A stretch of 60,035 nucleotides of DNA from NCBI GenBank assembly GCA_013166835.1, contig JABLTI010000004.1, positions 1 to 60,035 of the forward strand, given 5' to 3'. Positions within the stretch are counted from its first letter, which is position 1, and each line of letters begins with the position of its first letter. The translations under genes and the position numbers were made by a program. This document shows, piece by piece, positions 1 to 9,941 of the stretch. Below the pieces are notes generated by a model. That model made no database searches and was not told the origin of the DNA. It saw only the letters and a list, made by a program, of their open reading frames with translations. The DNA is from Promethearchaeati archaeon (lineage in GTDB: Archaea; Asgardarchaeota; Heimdallarchaeia; JABLTI01).

Positions 1-44
1 AAGATAAAAATGAATTAATGTCTGCTTTAAAGAAAATTGATGAA

Positions 45-2921
45 TTATGAGAGTTTAAATCCAGCCTCTGTCGGACTGGAATCATCTTCCTCTTCTCCAT
101 CTATTGGTTTTACAGTTGTTTCTCCAGCTTCTTTTGTTATGAAATAGGTTTTATCTGATATCCGTTCAAAATCAGGATCATGTGTTACAACAAACATTTG
201 TCTGACTAATCTGTTTCTCTCGAGTACGGTAACAAGTTCTCCTCTTCTTCGTTCATCCAAGAAAATCGTTGGTTCATCAAGTATGAGTGAATCTAATGTT
301 GAAAATTCTTTAGCAAATGCTAAACGTAAAGCCAAAGCTATGATTATAGTTTCTCCGCCACTTAAAACAGTGATATCTTCCAAATTTCCTAACCGTATTA
401 TGTTTAAAGAGTAATCCGCGTTTAAAATAATGCTTTGAATATCACTACCGGGTATAATGTTTTGTAAAATATCTGTTGCTGCATGATTAATTCTTTCAAT
501 AAAGTTAGGTAATAATCTATTAGGTAATTCTCTCATTAAGGCTCTAAGAATTATCGTAATTTCTCGCTTTTTGTTTTCGAGTTTGAGATTTCCATCTTTT
601 TCTTTTAGTTCAGATTCCTTTATTAAGAGATTGTTTTTTTGCTCAATTAATGGTGGAATAACTTCCTCACTTAAACTTGTAATCAAAGACTCTTTAGCTG
701 AAATATCGTTTCCTAAATTCTCTCTCTGGTATTTTATATCTTCCCAATCCTTGAAATTCTCTGTTGATTCGATTTCAGAAATCTTAACTGTATTTACTTC
801 GATTTTTCTCTTATTCTCTTCCAAATCTTGAAGATTCTCCACTAATTGTCTAATTAAGTCTTGAATTCCTATTTGTTGAGTATGTTCTTCGGTGTATTTA
901 CTAATTTTTTCTTGTATTTTATCCAGAGATTTTGTATCGAATTGAGTTTTTAATTCGTTTATCTCAGTTTCTGTTGTCTCAACTTCCTTAATATCTTCCT
1001 TGAGTTTTTGCTTATTTCTTAGTAATTTTGGAATCTGTTTCTTGATTAAAGAAATTTCATGAATTAATATTTCACATTCCTCAATTTTTGCTTCTAATTC
1101 ATCATATTCTTCCTGAGAATATTTTACCTTCAATTTGTCTATTTTTGATTTTAATTTTTGATAATCCTTATCAACAGACTCTTTCTCTTTTTCTAAATCC
1201 AACAAGTCATCATGAGTTGGCTCAATTTTAACATATAATTGATGGTTTTTGCTTAAGTTTCTCTCTTTCTTTTTTTGTTCTTCAATTGTTGAAGCGAATT
1301 TCTTTATCTCTTGTACGATTTCTTTCTTTTCCTCTTGGAATTTCCCTTTTTCCTCATTCAATGATTCACATAATTTTTCTAGTGTTTTGTCCGATAATTT
1401 CTGTTTACATGTTGGGCATGTTTCTTCGCCATCTAATTCTTTCAAATGTTGAAGATCACTTTGTGTTCGTCTTATTCCCTCGTCTAGAACAGATTTTCGA
1501 TTCATAGATTCTGAGTGATTACTCTCAATTTTGCTGATTTCAGATGCAAGACTAGCTAAATCTTCTTCAAAATTAACTTTGGAATATTCTTCTATTATCT
1601 CAGTCCAATTATCGCCTGCTTCTTTCGATAGGATCAATCTTTTCTTGACTATTCTGTTATTGTATTTACTACTTGCATCCTCAAGTGATTTCAGCTCAAC
1701 TTCTTGTGTTGTCACATCAGTCTTTATCTTATCTAATTTCTTATGTTGTTTTTCGAAAACATCCAAATTTTCTTTTTTCTGAGTTAAAATTTCAGGTAAT
1801 AATTCATTCCATGTTTCTATATTATTTTGCAGTTCTGGTAGTTTAGCTAAATATTCTTTTACGTCTGTTTCTAGAACTTCTTTCTTCTCTGAAATTGTGC
1901 TTCTTTGATAATGCAGATTTTCTTCCGTACTCCGAATTTTTTCAAACACAACTTTAATGTTACTCTCACTTTCTCTATGTTTTTCCAATAATTCGTTTAA
2001 TTGCTCAAGTCTCTTTTCCACTTTCTTCTGATGTTTTTGCATAACTGACATAGTGCATTTTTCTATTTCCTCGTTAATCTTTGATTCAAAAGTTTTGAAC
2101 AATTCCGAGATCTTTATTTCTAAATCTTCTAAAGCTTCTTCGAGTTCCCTTCTCCCACCAATAAGTCCTGTGTGTTGTTCAACAAGTTTCTCTAATTGCT
2201 TATATTGTTGATTAACTTTTTTGTATAATTTTTTTGATCCAACTAGTTGTTTCTTTTCAATTTCTAATTGTTCTTTTTTCTCATCGATTCTTTGTTCTAT
2301 TTTTGGAAGTTCTTCTAAATCCTTCTTCAAAATTACAATATGACTATTGAGACTCTTTATTTCTTGGTCAACCAGTTTCTGAACCTTTGCTAAATTGCTC
2401 CACGCTTTCTCATATCGATCAATCTGAAATAATTTGTCGAATAATTTTTTACGTTCCATATCTTTTGCTGTTACGATTTTTCCTATTTCTCCTTGAGAAG
2501 CATATACTGCACTAATAAAAGTTGTAGAATCAATATCTAATATTTCTTCCATTTTAGCTTTTACTGCGTTTTTTCCTTCAGCAATTGTTTCCTCTTGAGT
2601 TTCATTTACTAGTACTTGTGATTGTGTTGCGCGAGTTAGATCTTTTCTCACTAATTCATCTACAATTCGATAATTCGTACCATCCACATCGAATCTAATA
2701 GTGATTTTGCCTTGTTGCTCCCCATATCTTATCATATCTACAAGATTTCTTCCCGGAACAGTATCACCAAAGAGTGAAAGATAGATACTCTCGAGTATAG
2801 TACTCTTTCCCGCACCGTTCTCGCCAATTAAAACGTTATTTCCCTGTGAAAAAACGACTTTTTCGTATTTGTAAGTCTTAATGTTTTCAAGTTCAATGTC
2901 GGAAATCTCGAACGTTTTCAA
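45..2921 (-). CDS. rad50: DNA double-strand break repair ATPase Rad50
   Basis: Walker A GENGAGKS, long coiled coil with CPTC zinc hook, LSGGE signature, ILDEPT Walker B. The likely start is TTG at 2921, behind a GAGGAGG RBS and abutting the mre11 stop. Confidence 0.95.
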   Translation of the reverse strand: MKTFEISDIELENIKTYKYEKVVFSQGNNVLIGENGAGKSTILESIYLSLFGDTVPGRNLVDMIRYGEQQGKITIRFDVDGTNYRIVDELVRKDLTRATQSQVLVNETQEETIAEGKNAVKAKMEEILDIDSTTFISAVYASQGEIGKIVTAKDMERKKLFDKLFQIDRYEKAWSNLAKVQKLVDQEIKSLNSHIVILKKDLEELPKIEQRIDEKKEQLEIEKKQLVGSKKLYKKVNQQYKQLEKLVEQHTGLIGGRRELEEALEDLEIKISELFKTFESKINEEIEKCTMSVMQKHQKKVEKRLEQLNELLEKHRESESNIKVVFEKIRSTEENLHYQRSTISEKKEVLETDVKEYLAKLPELQNNIETWNELLPEILTQKKENLDVFEKQHKKLDKIKTDVTTQEVELKSLEDASSKYNNRIVKKRLILSKEAGDNWTEIIEEYSKVNFEEDLASLASEISKIESNHSESMNRKSVLDEGIRRTQSDLQHLKELDGEETCPTCKQKLSDKTLEKLCESLNEEKGKFQEEKKEIVQEIKKFASTIEEQKKKERNLSKNHQLYVKIEPTHDDLLDLEKEKESVDKDYQKLKSKIDKLKVKYSQEEYDELEAKIEECEILIHEISLIKKQIPKLLRNKQKLKEDIKEVETTETEINELKTQFDTKSLDKIQEKISKYTEEHTQQIGIQDLIRQLVENLQDLEENKRKIEVNTVKISEIESTENFKDWEDIKYQRENLGNDISAKESLITSLSEEVIPPLIEQKNNLLIKESELKEKDGNLKLENKKREITIILRALMRELPNRLLPNFIERINHAATDILQNIIPGSDIQSIILNADYSLNIIRLGNLEDITVLSGGETIIIALALRLAFAKEFSTLDSLILDEPTIFLDERRRGELVTVLERNRLVRQMFVVTHDPDFERISDKTYFITKEAGETTVKPIDGEEEDDSSPTEAGFKLS

Positions 2922-2922
2922 T

Positions 2923-4305
2923 TTACTTCCCCTCCTCAAAGTATGTTGCAAGATTAGACTGCGTTGAATTTTTTGGTTCTAGTTTCTCGCGTCTTTCAGA
3001 TGTTTCTTTTTTCTTGGTCTTCTTTGGTTTTTCACTAGGATTTTTTTTATAACTCTTTAATTCAGCATCCGATAAATTACTTGAGACTTCTGTTATTAAC
3101 CCATAAATTGATTTAATTTCCTCTTTTTCTTCTGAAGATATAGTTTTTTGTCCAAGAATTTTTACGGTTTCATTTGCTAAATCTAACCATTTGTTTATGG
3201 CAGCACTTTTGTATCCTTGAGATTTCAACAAATCTACAATTGCCTCATCAGATGTCAGACCAGCTTTTGCTTCTCCTAGCACAATATTCGATATTTCTTG
3301 ATTCGTTATTATGTGCAATGCTTCGGATTCCAAGATTGCTGGTAGCTTTGTGAAATTAACTAAGCTTTGTTTTCCAAAGGGTAGTTCTCCGATAAAATCA
3401 AATTTTACTATAGCTCCCTCTTGCTCATGTTTTTTTACAAATGAATTGGCTTTTTCGATAAGATCTTTTAGGGGGAGATCTTCCTGAATTTTAAATTTGA
3501 ACCGACCTTTTGGTCTTACCTCAAACTCCTTTCTTTTTACTTTCGAACTCCAAGTATTTTGCTCTTGATTTAGAGTTGCTTTTACACTATAACAACCTGA
3601 TTTCCTAAAGAACCCATCTTCATCTGGTTTTCCCCAATCATTCAAACTCGTATGCTCAGTTGAACCAGGGCAATAAATATTGCTTTCTTTTTCTTCCCAG
3701 ACTTTGTGATAGTGTCCTAATGCTATATAATTGAACCCTAGACTCGAGAGTTGGTAACCTGAAATATCGAAAATTGAATCACTTACTTGTCCTTGTAAGT
3801 ATCCATGAAGGGCTAAAATATTAAATTTGGATGTATCTAAGGGATTATTTCTCATTACTTCTTCAATTACATCCCCTGTTGTCTTTCCATACTCGCCTAT
3901 TCCTGTAAAATTGATATGATCATTAATCGCAATTGTTTCATCTTGGACGTAATGCAAATACTCTAAATCCTCAAGTAATTTGAGGATTGTTCCCCCAAAT
4001 CGTTGGGCTTGTGCTTTTGAAGCATCATGATTTCCTCGAATAACGTAGAACGGTATATTTGCTTGTTTGAATTTCTCGAAAATCTGTATTGCTATTCGAA
4101 CTGCTCCTGGTGTTGGTTTGAATTGATGAAAGAGATCGCCACAATGAATTACGAAATCCGGTTTTTCTTTTATCATTAACTTTGTGCATTCATTTGCAGC
4201 TTTGAAGAAATCATACCATCTTTCTTTTTTCTGGTATTGAAAATAATCTAGATGCCAATCTGCTGTATGGCAATATTTGTATTCAATACTCTTTTTTTCA
4301 CTAAT
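2923..4305 (-). CDS. mre11: DNA repair nuclease Mre11
   Basis: Phosphoesterase motifs DWHL (upstream of the track start), GDLF, GNHD, GHYH. The frame stays open to ATT at 4305; it lies between herA and rad50. Confidence 0.92.
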   Translation of the reverse strand: MSEKKSIEYKYCHTADWHLDYFQYQKKERWYDFFKAANECTKLMIKEKPDFVIHCGDLFHQFKPTPGAVRIAIQIFEKFKQANIPFYVIRGNHDASKAQAQRFGGTILKLLEDLEYLHYVQDETIAINDHINFTGIGEYGKTTGDVIEEVMRNNPLDTSKFNILALHGYLQGQVSDSIFDISGYQLSSLGFNYIALGHYHKVWEEKESNIYCPGSTEHTSLNDWGKPDEDGFFRKSGCYSVKATLNQEQNTWSSKVKRKEFEVRPKGRFKFKIQEDLPLKDLIEKANSFVKKHEQEGAIVKFDFIGELPFGKQSLVNFTKLPAILESEALHIITNQEISNIVLGEAKAGLTSDEAIVDLLKSQGYKSAAINKWLDLANETVKILGQKTISSEEKEEIKSIYGLITEVSSNLSDAELKSYKKNPSEKPKKTKKKETSERREKLEPKNSTQSNLATYFEEGK

Positions 4306-4366
4306 TTTTCATCACCTGCATTATTATTAGTGGAATTTTTTGTACACGCAAGATAATATTTTAATG

Positions 4367-6016
4367 TTAATCTAAATCGAAGTCATCTTCATATTTCTGT
4401 GGCTTTCTGGAGGAACTCTTTTGTCTCTCCAATGCTTTTTTCCATGATTCAGTTATTTCTACGCCTTTTCCTCCAAGTTTTCCATCAAATAACGCGATTT
4501 TTACTAAAGCAGGTATTGGTAAACTTGGACCGACAATAACTGCTTCACCAACATTTAATGCCGGTAAATCGTTTAATAAGTCCTCACTTAGACTTTCACT
4601 CGAGCGTAAAATCTGTTGTTGATCATATGGATTTACTATTTTTAATATAATTTGGGTATTACATTGTGATAAAACATCACTATCTAATCTTCCTGGACGC
4701 TGTGATACTAGTCCTAATCCCACACCAAATTTCCTTCCTTCTGCTGCAATTTGTTTAAGAATACCAGAAGATCGGCCTGAACCTGGAATGAAATTATGTG
4801 CTTCCTCTACAACCATTAGTACGGCACAAGGTAACTTATGTATTGTAGGTTCATTTCTTACTTGAGCTTTACCTGCATTGAAGATTTTTCTAGCAATTAA
4901 ATCTACAATTGTTTGTTGGGTTTTTGTTCCTAACCCTGTAAGAGTAATAATGCTAATTTGATTTGGTTTTGTAAGAGAAGGCCCACTTGGATTATAAACC
5001 GGTAATTCTGAACTTTTTGTTAATACATCTCTTGCAGGAGCAAGGTCTATTCGTGAAAACAACCCATATTTGGAATTCTCGAGACGATTTCCTTCCTTCT
5101 TTGTAGTATCCTCCGCTTTTAAGGCAGAAATAATTTCATCGATTTTACTTTTCAGATCAGTTAAATCCCAATCTTTTTGAGAATGCTGTAACTCCCAATA
5201 AGCTCTACTAAATAATTCTCGTTGAATAATGGCATTTTCTGGAATTTCCAGAAGGGACATTAATTCTCCATGATGAAAATTTCTCAATTTAAAAGCAATT
5301 CTTTGCCTTCCAGTAGTTTGTTTAGCAGAAAAAATGACCACATTTCCATGTATGTTTTTGTTTTTTGCGAATGGAACATAATCCTCGTGAGGATCAATAA
5401 TAACAACGGATCCTTGGAGTTTGTTGATTATTCTCGAGACAATTATAGCCACACTATAGGATTTACCTGCACCTGTAATTGCTAAAACTGCAAAATGTTT
5501 TGAGACGAGCTCATCTATATTGAGCTTTACTTTTACTCCTTCATGCGATCGTAAATCTCCTACTGTAATGTGTCCTTTACTGAAGATTTTTGATAAGATG
5601 TCTGAAGGTGCTCTGTAAACTTTAGCTCCTGGATAAGGAGGAAATCTTGGGGAGATTATTCTATCCTTTTCTTCATCTAAATAACCCAAAATTCTTGCTT
5701 CAGCTCCTAATCGCTCACCGTCTTCAATATGACCCAGTAATTTTAATCGCTCAATAGACTCTGGAGATTTGATTAGGCTCTCAATGAGATTTTCATTTGA
5801 TAATGCAATTCTGGAGATCATTGCAATAACTGGTTTCGGAACCAAATTACTTGGATAATCAACAACAACTAACTCACCTAATTCCAAAGGATGAGTTCGA
5901 GCCATTTTAGGATCAACTATAAGTGCAACTTCTGAGGGAGTTGAAATACCAATGATTGTGGCTACAGCTTTGTCGTTTTTTCGTGAACTTGCGATTTTAG
6001 ACACAGTAATGAACAC
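4367..6016 (-). CDS. herA: HerA-family bipolar DNA helicase/ATPase
   Basis: N-terminal HAS-barrel-like region, Walker A AITGAGKS, VEEAH, EGRKFGVGL and SQRP motifs; co-oriented with mre11-rad50. Confidence 0.9.
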   Translation of the reverse strand: MFITVSKIASSRKNDKAVATIIGISTPSEVALIVDPKMARTHPLELGELVVVDYPSNLVPKPVIAMISRIALSNENLIESLIKSPESIERLKLLGHIEDGERLGAEARILGYLDEEKDRIISPRFPPYPGAKVYRAPSDILSKIFSKGHITVGDLRSHEGVKVKLNIDELVSKHFAVLAITGAGKSYSVAIIVSRIINKLQGSVVIIDPHEDYVPFAKNKNIHGNVVIFSAKQTTGRQRIAFKLRNFHHGELMSLLEIPENAIIQRELFSRAYWELQHSQKDWDLTDLKSKIDEIISALKAEDTTKKEGNRLENSKYGLFSRIDLAPARDVLTKSSELPVYNPSGPSLTKPNQISIITLTGLGTKTQQTIVDLIARKIFNAGKAQVRNEPTIHKLPCAVLMVVEEAHNFIPGSGRSSGILKQIAAEGRKFGVGLGLVSQRPGRLDSDVLSQCNTQIILKIVNPYDQQQILRSSESLSEDLLNDLPALNVGEAVIVGPSLPIPALVKIALFDGKLGGKGVEITESWKKALERQKSSSRKPQKYEDDFDLD

Positions 6017-6100
6017 TCTCTACGTTTCTAATTTCTGGGAGTAAAATGTTAACTAATAATCTTTCGTATTACCTTTGCTTCTTCACTATTTAAATGAAGG

Positions 6101-6385
6101 TCAAAGATACATATATCCTGCCAGAATACCTCCACCGGATAATAACGAAATCCCTATTAAAACAATTCCTTTGACAACCGTTTTCTTTCCTCCACGATCA
6201 TCCCACCCAGTTGCCCACTGTATTGCCCCAACTATTGCTAAGATAACCCCCATTGCAAAACAGATTGCTATTAGAAATGCAATTGCATTTGTGAGAATTG
6301 TTTGTATGTTATCGGGAATTCCCTTGATATTTTCAATTATATCCAAATTCACGTGAAGAATTGGTTGAAGACGCCCTGAATACAT
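6101..6385 (-). CDS. small two-TM protein, VirB2/TrbC/CedA1-like pilin candidate
   Basis: Two hydrophobic helices joined by a short charged loop (WDDRGGKK). Confidence 0.5.
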   Translation of the reverse strand: MYSGRLQPILHVNLDIIENIKGIPDNIQTILTNAIAFLIAICFAMGVILAIVGAIQWATGWDDRGGKKTVVKGIVLIGISLLSGGGILAGYMYL

Positions 6386-6443
6386 TATAAATCAAGAAAA
6401 TGTAATCATTTGGGAATAAAAACCCCTTAAATTATAGTGGGGT

Positions 6444-7571
6444 TTACAATCCTACTTTTACAAAAGCTCCAATTAATGCTAGCATTACTGTCGAGAAAAC
6501 TATGATAAAGCTCGTAAGCGATCCAAGTTGCCAATGGCGCATTTTGGATTTTGATGTAACAACTACATAGAAGACATAAATCCATACAGTGTATTGCACG
6601 AGAAATACCCAGTAAAGTGAATTGAAAGCAATGAAAGTGAAGAGCATGCACTTGTAAATGTCTGTTTTCTTAACAAATGAAAGAATGATAATTGTTATCC
6701 ATACAACTACAATTGCTCCCGTTAAACAATATCTAATAATTGAATCTGCTCTGGCTGAAGAGAAGGGTAGGGAGAGGAGGGCAAAAATTGGACCCATATC
6801 ATGATCTCGAGTAACATGTACTCCAAGAACACCTTGGATATAGGTTATAGGATCATGCAGGAAGGGGGCACTAAATAATAGGAGGAGACCAACAATTATG
6901 CTTATTCTAGAGAAAATCTTTCTAAAATTCCTCTCCCGGAGGTTCTTACGGAAAAAGAAAGGTACGAGGATAAGTGCTATCGGTTTAGTTAAAACTGCTA
7001 AAGAAATGAAGATTGATTCTGGAATAAAATTATCACTCTCATAAAAAATACAAGCCAAAAGAATAAAGACAAACATCAAGGAATCAAATTTCCCATGCAT
7101 TGAGCTCGTCATCAAAACTATTGGAGTCACAAACCAAATCGCAATGGGAATTTTTAATCGCCAAGTATCCTTTACTTTGGGTTTTAAGATGGTATAGAGA
7201 AGAATTACTACTTGTATATCAAAAAGAAGGATTAATCCTTTAGTTAATGGAAAGAATGCTCCTTCAGGAAAGATCAGTAAGACAAGAGAACAAATGTACA
7301 TCCAGAGTGGAAAGTAAGCGTAAAAATGCTTAACGCCTTCTATCTGAAAGCTCTCGAGAGTTGTTTCATAAGGATTTTGACCATTCAAAAGCATCTCTGC
7401 AGCTTGTTTCCAAACAAGCATATCTGATGATGAGAAGTCCCAAAGAAAAATTCGAACAATAATACCAGCAAGAATAATTCCTCCAAAAACAACCCAGGAG
7501 GTATTTTTAGGAGTAAAAAATGCTTTTAATTTTGGAAATTTTGAATCTGTGATTATTCTATCTTCGTACAA
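6444..7571 (-). CDS. GT-C fold membrane glycosyltransferase (GT87/PIG-M-like)
   Basis: Polytopic membrane protein with SSDM...GQNPY, YAYFPL, HGKFDS and LTKP motifs. Confidence 0.75.
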   Translation of the reverse strand: MYEDRIITDSKFPKLKAFFTPKNTSWVVFGGIILAGIIVRIFLWDFSSSDMLVWKQAAEMLLNGQNPYETTLESFQIEGVKHFYAYFPLWMYICSLVLLIFPEGAFFPLTKGLILLFDIQVVILLYTILKPKVKDTWRLKIPIAIWFVTPIVLMTSSMHGKFDSLMFVFILLACIFYESDNFIPESIFISLAVLTKPIALILVPFFFRKNLRERNFRKIFSRISIIVGLLLLFSAPFLHDPITYIQGVLGVHVTRDHDMGPIFALLSLPFSSARADSIIRYCLTGAIVVVWITIIILSFVKKTDIYKCMLFTFIAFNSLYWVFLVQYTVWIYVFYVVVTSKSKMRHWQLGSLTSFIIVFSTVMLALIGAFVKVGL

Positions 7572-7786
7572 TTTTCCTAACCCAATCTAAAGTTTGGAAA
7601 TTATTATATATACCCCTACAAAAAGACGAAAATGTTGAGGAAAATCAGAGTTTAAATAATTTGATTTGTAAAGTTAATTCGATGAGAAAAATGTCGTTTT
7701 GTGAAGAAAAACACACAAACCCGATTTTTCATGCATTTTTTTCTTTATTGTGCTTTAAAAATAAGCAACTCCGAAATCTTCTTTTG

Positions 7787-7898
7787 AATTATTAAACGGA
7801 GACTCAAAAAACATGAAAAAAATGAATTCAAAAATCGTTGCAGTAGCATTCGTTTTACTAACACTCTTAGCTGGTGGTTTAGCAGCTAAACAAGCAAT
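7787..7898 (+). repeat. left arm of long inverted repeat (partner about 9856-9967)
   Basis: 7787-7877 (91 bp) is the exact reverse complement of 9877-9967, followed by 2 mismatches and identity to 7898. Confidence 0.95.
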
Positions 7899-7950
7899 TG
7901 CCCCAGGTACTGGTGGCGTTGGAATAGATCCTAATCCAGATCCAGTATAG
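7813..7950 (+). CDS. 45-aa secreted peptide precursor, copy 1 (MKKMNSKIVAVAFVLLTLLAGGLAAKQAIAPGTGGVGIDPNPDPV)
   Basis: Translated by hand (below the ORF-track cutoff). GGAG RBS, TTTAAAA box near 7754, signal-peptide-like N-terminus, equal-length paralog at 9804-9941 with synonymous differences. Confidence 0.85.
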   Translation: MKKMNSKIVAVAFVLLTLLAGGLAAKQAIAPGTGGVGIDPNPDPV

Positions 7951-7978
7951 GGATATTCCCTATATTATTTTATTTTTT
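7946..7978 (+). terminator. hairpin plus T-tract after peptide gene 1
   Basis: TATAGGGA-tat-TCCCTATA followed by ttattttatttttt. Confidence 0.6.
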
Positions 7979-9704
7979 ATAGAAACCATTTTCTACTGTC
8001 AAAATCATATAATTCTGAGTAGTCAATATACCTAAACACTTTGCTTTTCACTGAAAAAGTTTCACAAATTAATTCATTACTTTTTAAGAAATCCACTATT
8101 AATTCAGTAATTTTGTTGTTAAAATTTAGTCCAAAAACTAAGAAATAAACACCATCAAGAGTTACTAAACCAGGCATTAAGCCGAATATAGAAATTTCAT
8201 CAATAATTTTCGCATAATTATAATTTTCTTCTTTTGATTTTATTTTCAATATTAAAAGATCAGTGCCTGATGTTCCACTTAATGAAAAATTAAATCTAAA
8301 ATTACATAATTCCCTTTCTATTGTTTGATTTAGCAATTTATTCAGAAAATTAATTGTTTCTGAATAATTGTTGGGATCAATATTATTATCTCTGACAAAT
8401 TCATTCCATTTTGATTGACGGTGAGTTCCGAATAGGCCATATTTACTTATACTCTTAGAGAGTAAAAATGAAATTAATTTTAAAAGAGGTATATCTTTTC
8501 TTTCAAAATTCTCTTTTTCTTTGTTCAATATAAAATCAATATTCCAAAATGATATTTTTTTAACAGGAATTTCTTTATTTAACAGTTTTTTATAATTTTC
8601 AATAATTGGTCGAAATTTCGTATTTATAATTGCTGTTCTATAAAATCTATTTTTAGTTAGTTCTATCTCAAAAGAATTAAGTAATCTCTTTTCTTTCAAA
8701 TTTTCCAAGCTTTTAGCGATTCTTTCAGCTACCAAATGAGGGCAATTAAAAATTGTATAAATATAATAATAGTCATTATTTTGTCCTTCAAAAATTCTGT
8801 CAATATAATCAAAAGTAAGAAGTTTTTCAGAGACTGCATCTATATTATTCTTATTATCCTTTGTAAAACGTATTATAGATACATAAGTGTGTAAACCTAA
8901 TTTGAAGAAATTCTTCTCTAATCTCCAATTAGCTGAGAATTTCGATACAAGTTTTGCGATTTGTCTAGTAATAGTTGATTGATTTACATTTAGTTCTCTT
9001 GATAAATCAGATGTTGATGATTTAAAACCAAATTTTACTAGATTTAACAAGACTTCCATAGTATTTTTCTTTAAATAAATTGGAGCTGCAATTTCCTCAG
9101 GATCATTTGATATATAACGTCTTATATCATCAAGTGTCTCTTCTAAGTCTAATTCCTCTAATGGCGTTTCGCTTATAAAATTCATGTAGGTATTAAAAAG
9201 TAATTTATAGGAACTACCTTGCCTAATTACATCCGATAGAGAAACAATTTTAGAATAGATTTCTTTTTCCATTTCATCAAGATTTTCTTTCGGAAGCAAA
9301 AATCGACCTTGAATTGGCAAGAATTTTGTATCATGAGAACCATCAGGTTCCTTTAATTGTATATAACTCAAAGCTAAGAAATTCAGAATAAAACTCGTTA
9401 ATTGTGATAATTCACCAAATAAGATTTTTTCTTCTAAAAAGAAAGTAAAACATTCTCTTACTATCATAAACTCCCAAAAATAATTGCCAACAGTTTTGGG
9501 TTCTATTTCATTAATCCAATTACCAAAGACAATTTTATTCCTCTCTCTAACAACCCCGAAATTCTCATAATATTCAGGAGCATCACCAATTTCAAACTTA
9601 ATATCACTTGTTAATTTGGTAGACTCCCAACCAATATTTTCTTTTATATCTTCAAAGATGATCTGAATTTCTTCAAGAATATCTTTTGGTTTTTTTAGAC
9701 TCAA
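7977..9704 (-). CDS. large regulator: uncharacterised N-terminal domain + wHTH + tandem Lrp/AsnC-like modules
   Basis: HTH SSTSDLSRELNVNQSTITRQIAKL followed by the Lrp-type linker NFFKLGL and ferredoxin-like beta-alpha patterns, repeated in degenerate form at the C-terminus. Confidence 0.65.
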   Translation of the reverse strand: MSLKKPKDILEEIQIIFEDIKENIGWESTKLTSDIKFEIGDAPEYYENFGVVRERNKIVFGNWINEIEPKTVGNYFWEFMIVRECFTFFLEEKILFGELSQLTSFILNFLALSYIQLKEPDGSHDTKFLPIQGRFLLPKENLDEMEKEIYSKIVSLSDVIRQGSSYKLLFNTYMNFISETPLEELDLEETLDDIRRYISNDPEEIAAPIYLKKNTMEVLLNLVKFGFKSSTSDLSRELNVNQSTITRQIAKLVSKFSANWRLEKNFFKLGLHTYVSIIRFTKDNKNNIDAVSEKLLTFDYIDRIFEGQNNDYYYIYTIFNCPHLVAERIAKSLENLKEKRLLNSFEIELTKNRFYRTAIINTKFRPIIENYKKLLNKEIPVKKISFWNIDFILNKEKENFERKDIPLLKLISFLLSKSISKYGLFGTHRQSKWNEFVRDNNIDPNNYSETINFLNKLLNQTIERELCNFRFNFSLSGTSGTDLLILKIKSKEENYNYAKIIDEISIFGLMPGLVTLDGVYFLVFGLNFNNKITELIVDFLKSNELICETFSVKSKVFRYIDYSELYDFDSRKWFL

Positions 9705-9803
9705 ATTAATCTACATTATCAATTAAACAATGCAATTTTAAGCTTTCTTTTAAACGATAAAACAGCTAAGAAAAACAAAAAATAGGTGATAAGGATTAAT
9801 GCT

Positions 9804-9941
9804 TTATCCACCATCACTATTTGGATCGGGGCCAAAACCACCGTTTCCAGGAGCTATTGCTTGTTTAGCTGCTAGTCCACCAGCTAAGAGTGTTAGTAAA
9901 ACGAATGCTACTGCAACGATTTTTGAATTCATTTTTTTCAT
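9804..9941 (-). CDS. 45-aa secreted peptide precursor, copy 2 (MKKMNSKIVAVAFVLLTLLAGGLAAKQAIAPGNGGFGPDPNSDGG)
   Basis: Translated by hand. First 32 aa are identical to copy 1; same RBS and 5' leader. Confidence 0.85.
   Translation of the reverse strand: MKKMNSKIVAVAFVLLTLLAGGLAAKQAIAPGNGGFGPDPNSDGG

Noticed and set aside
571-1782. Short ORFs antisense or internal to long genes (here within rad50, and similar cases throughout the track)
   Set aside because: They overlap well-supported genes and have shadow-type composition without motifs.
7906-7950. Lasso-peptide interpretation (both cores have Gly1 and Asp8: GTGGVGID / GNGGFGPD)
   Set aside because: No lasso cyclase, peptidase or RRE gene is in the window, there is no Thr at -2, and the leader looks like a Sec signal. 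Not excluded if the enzymes are encoded elsewhere.
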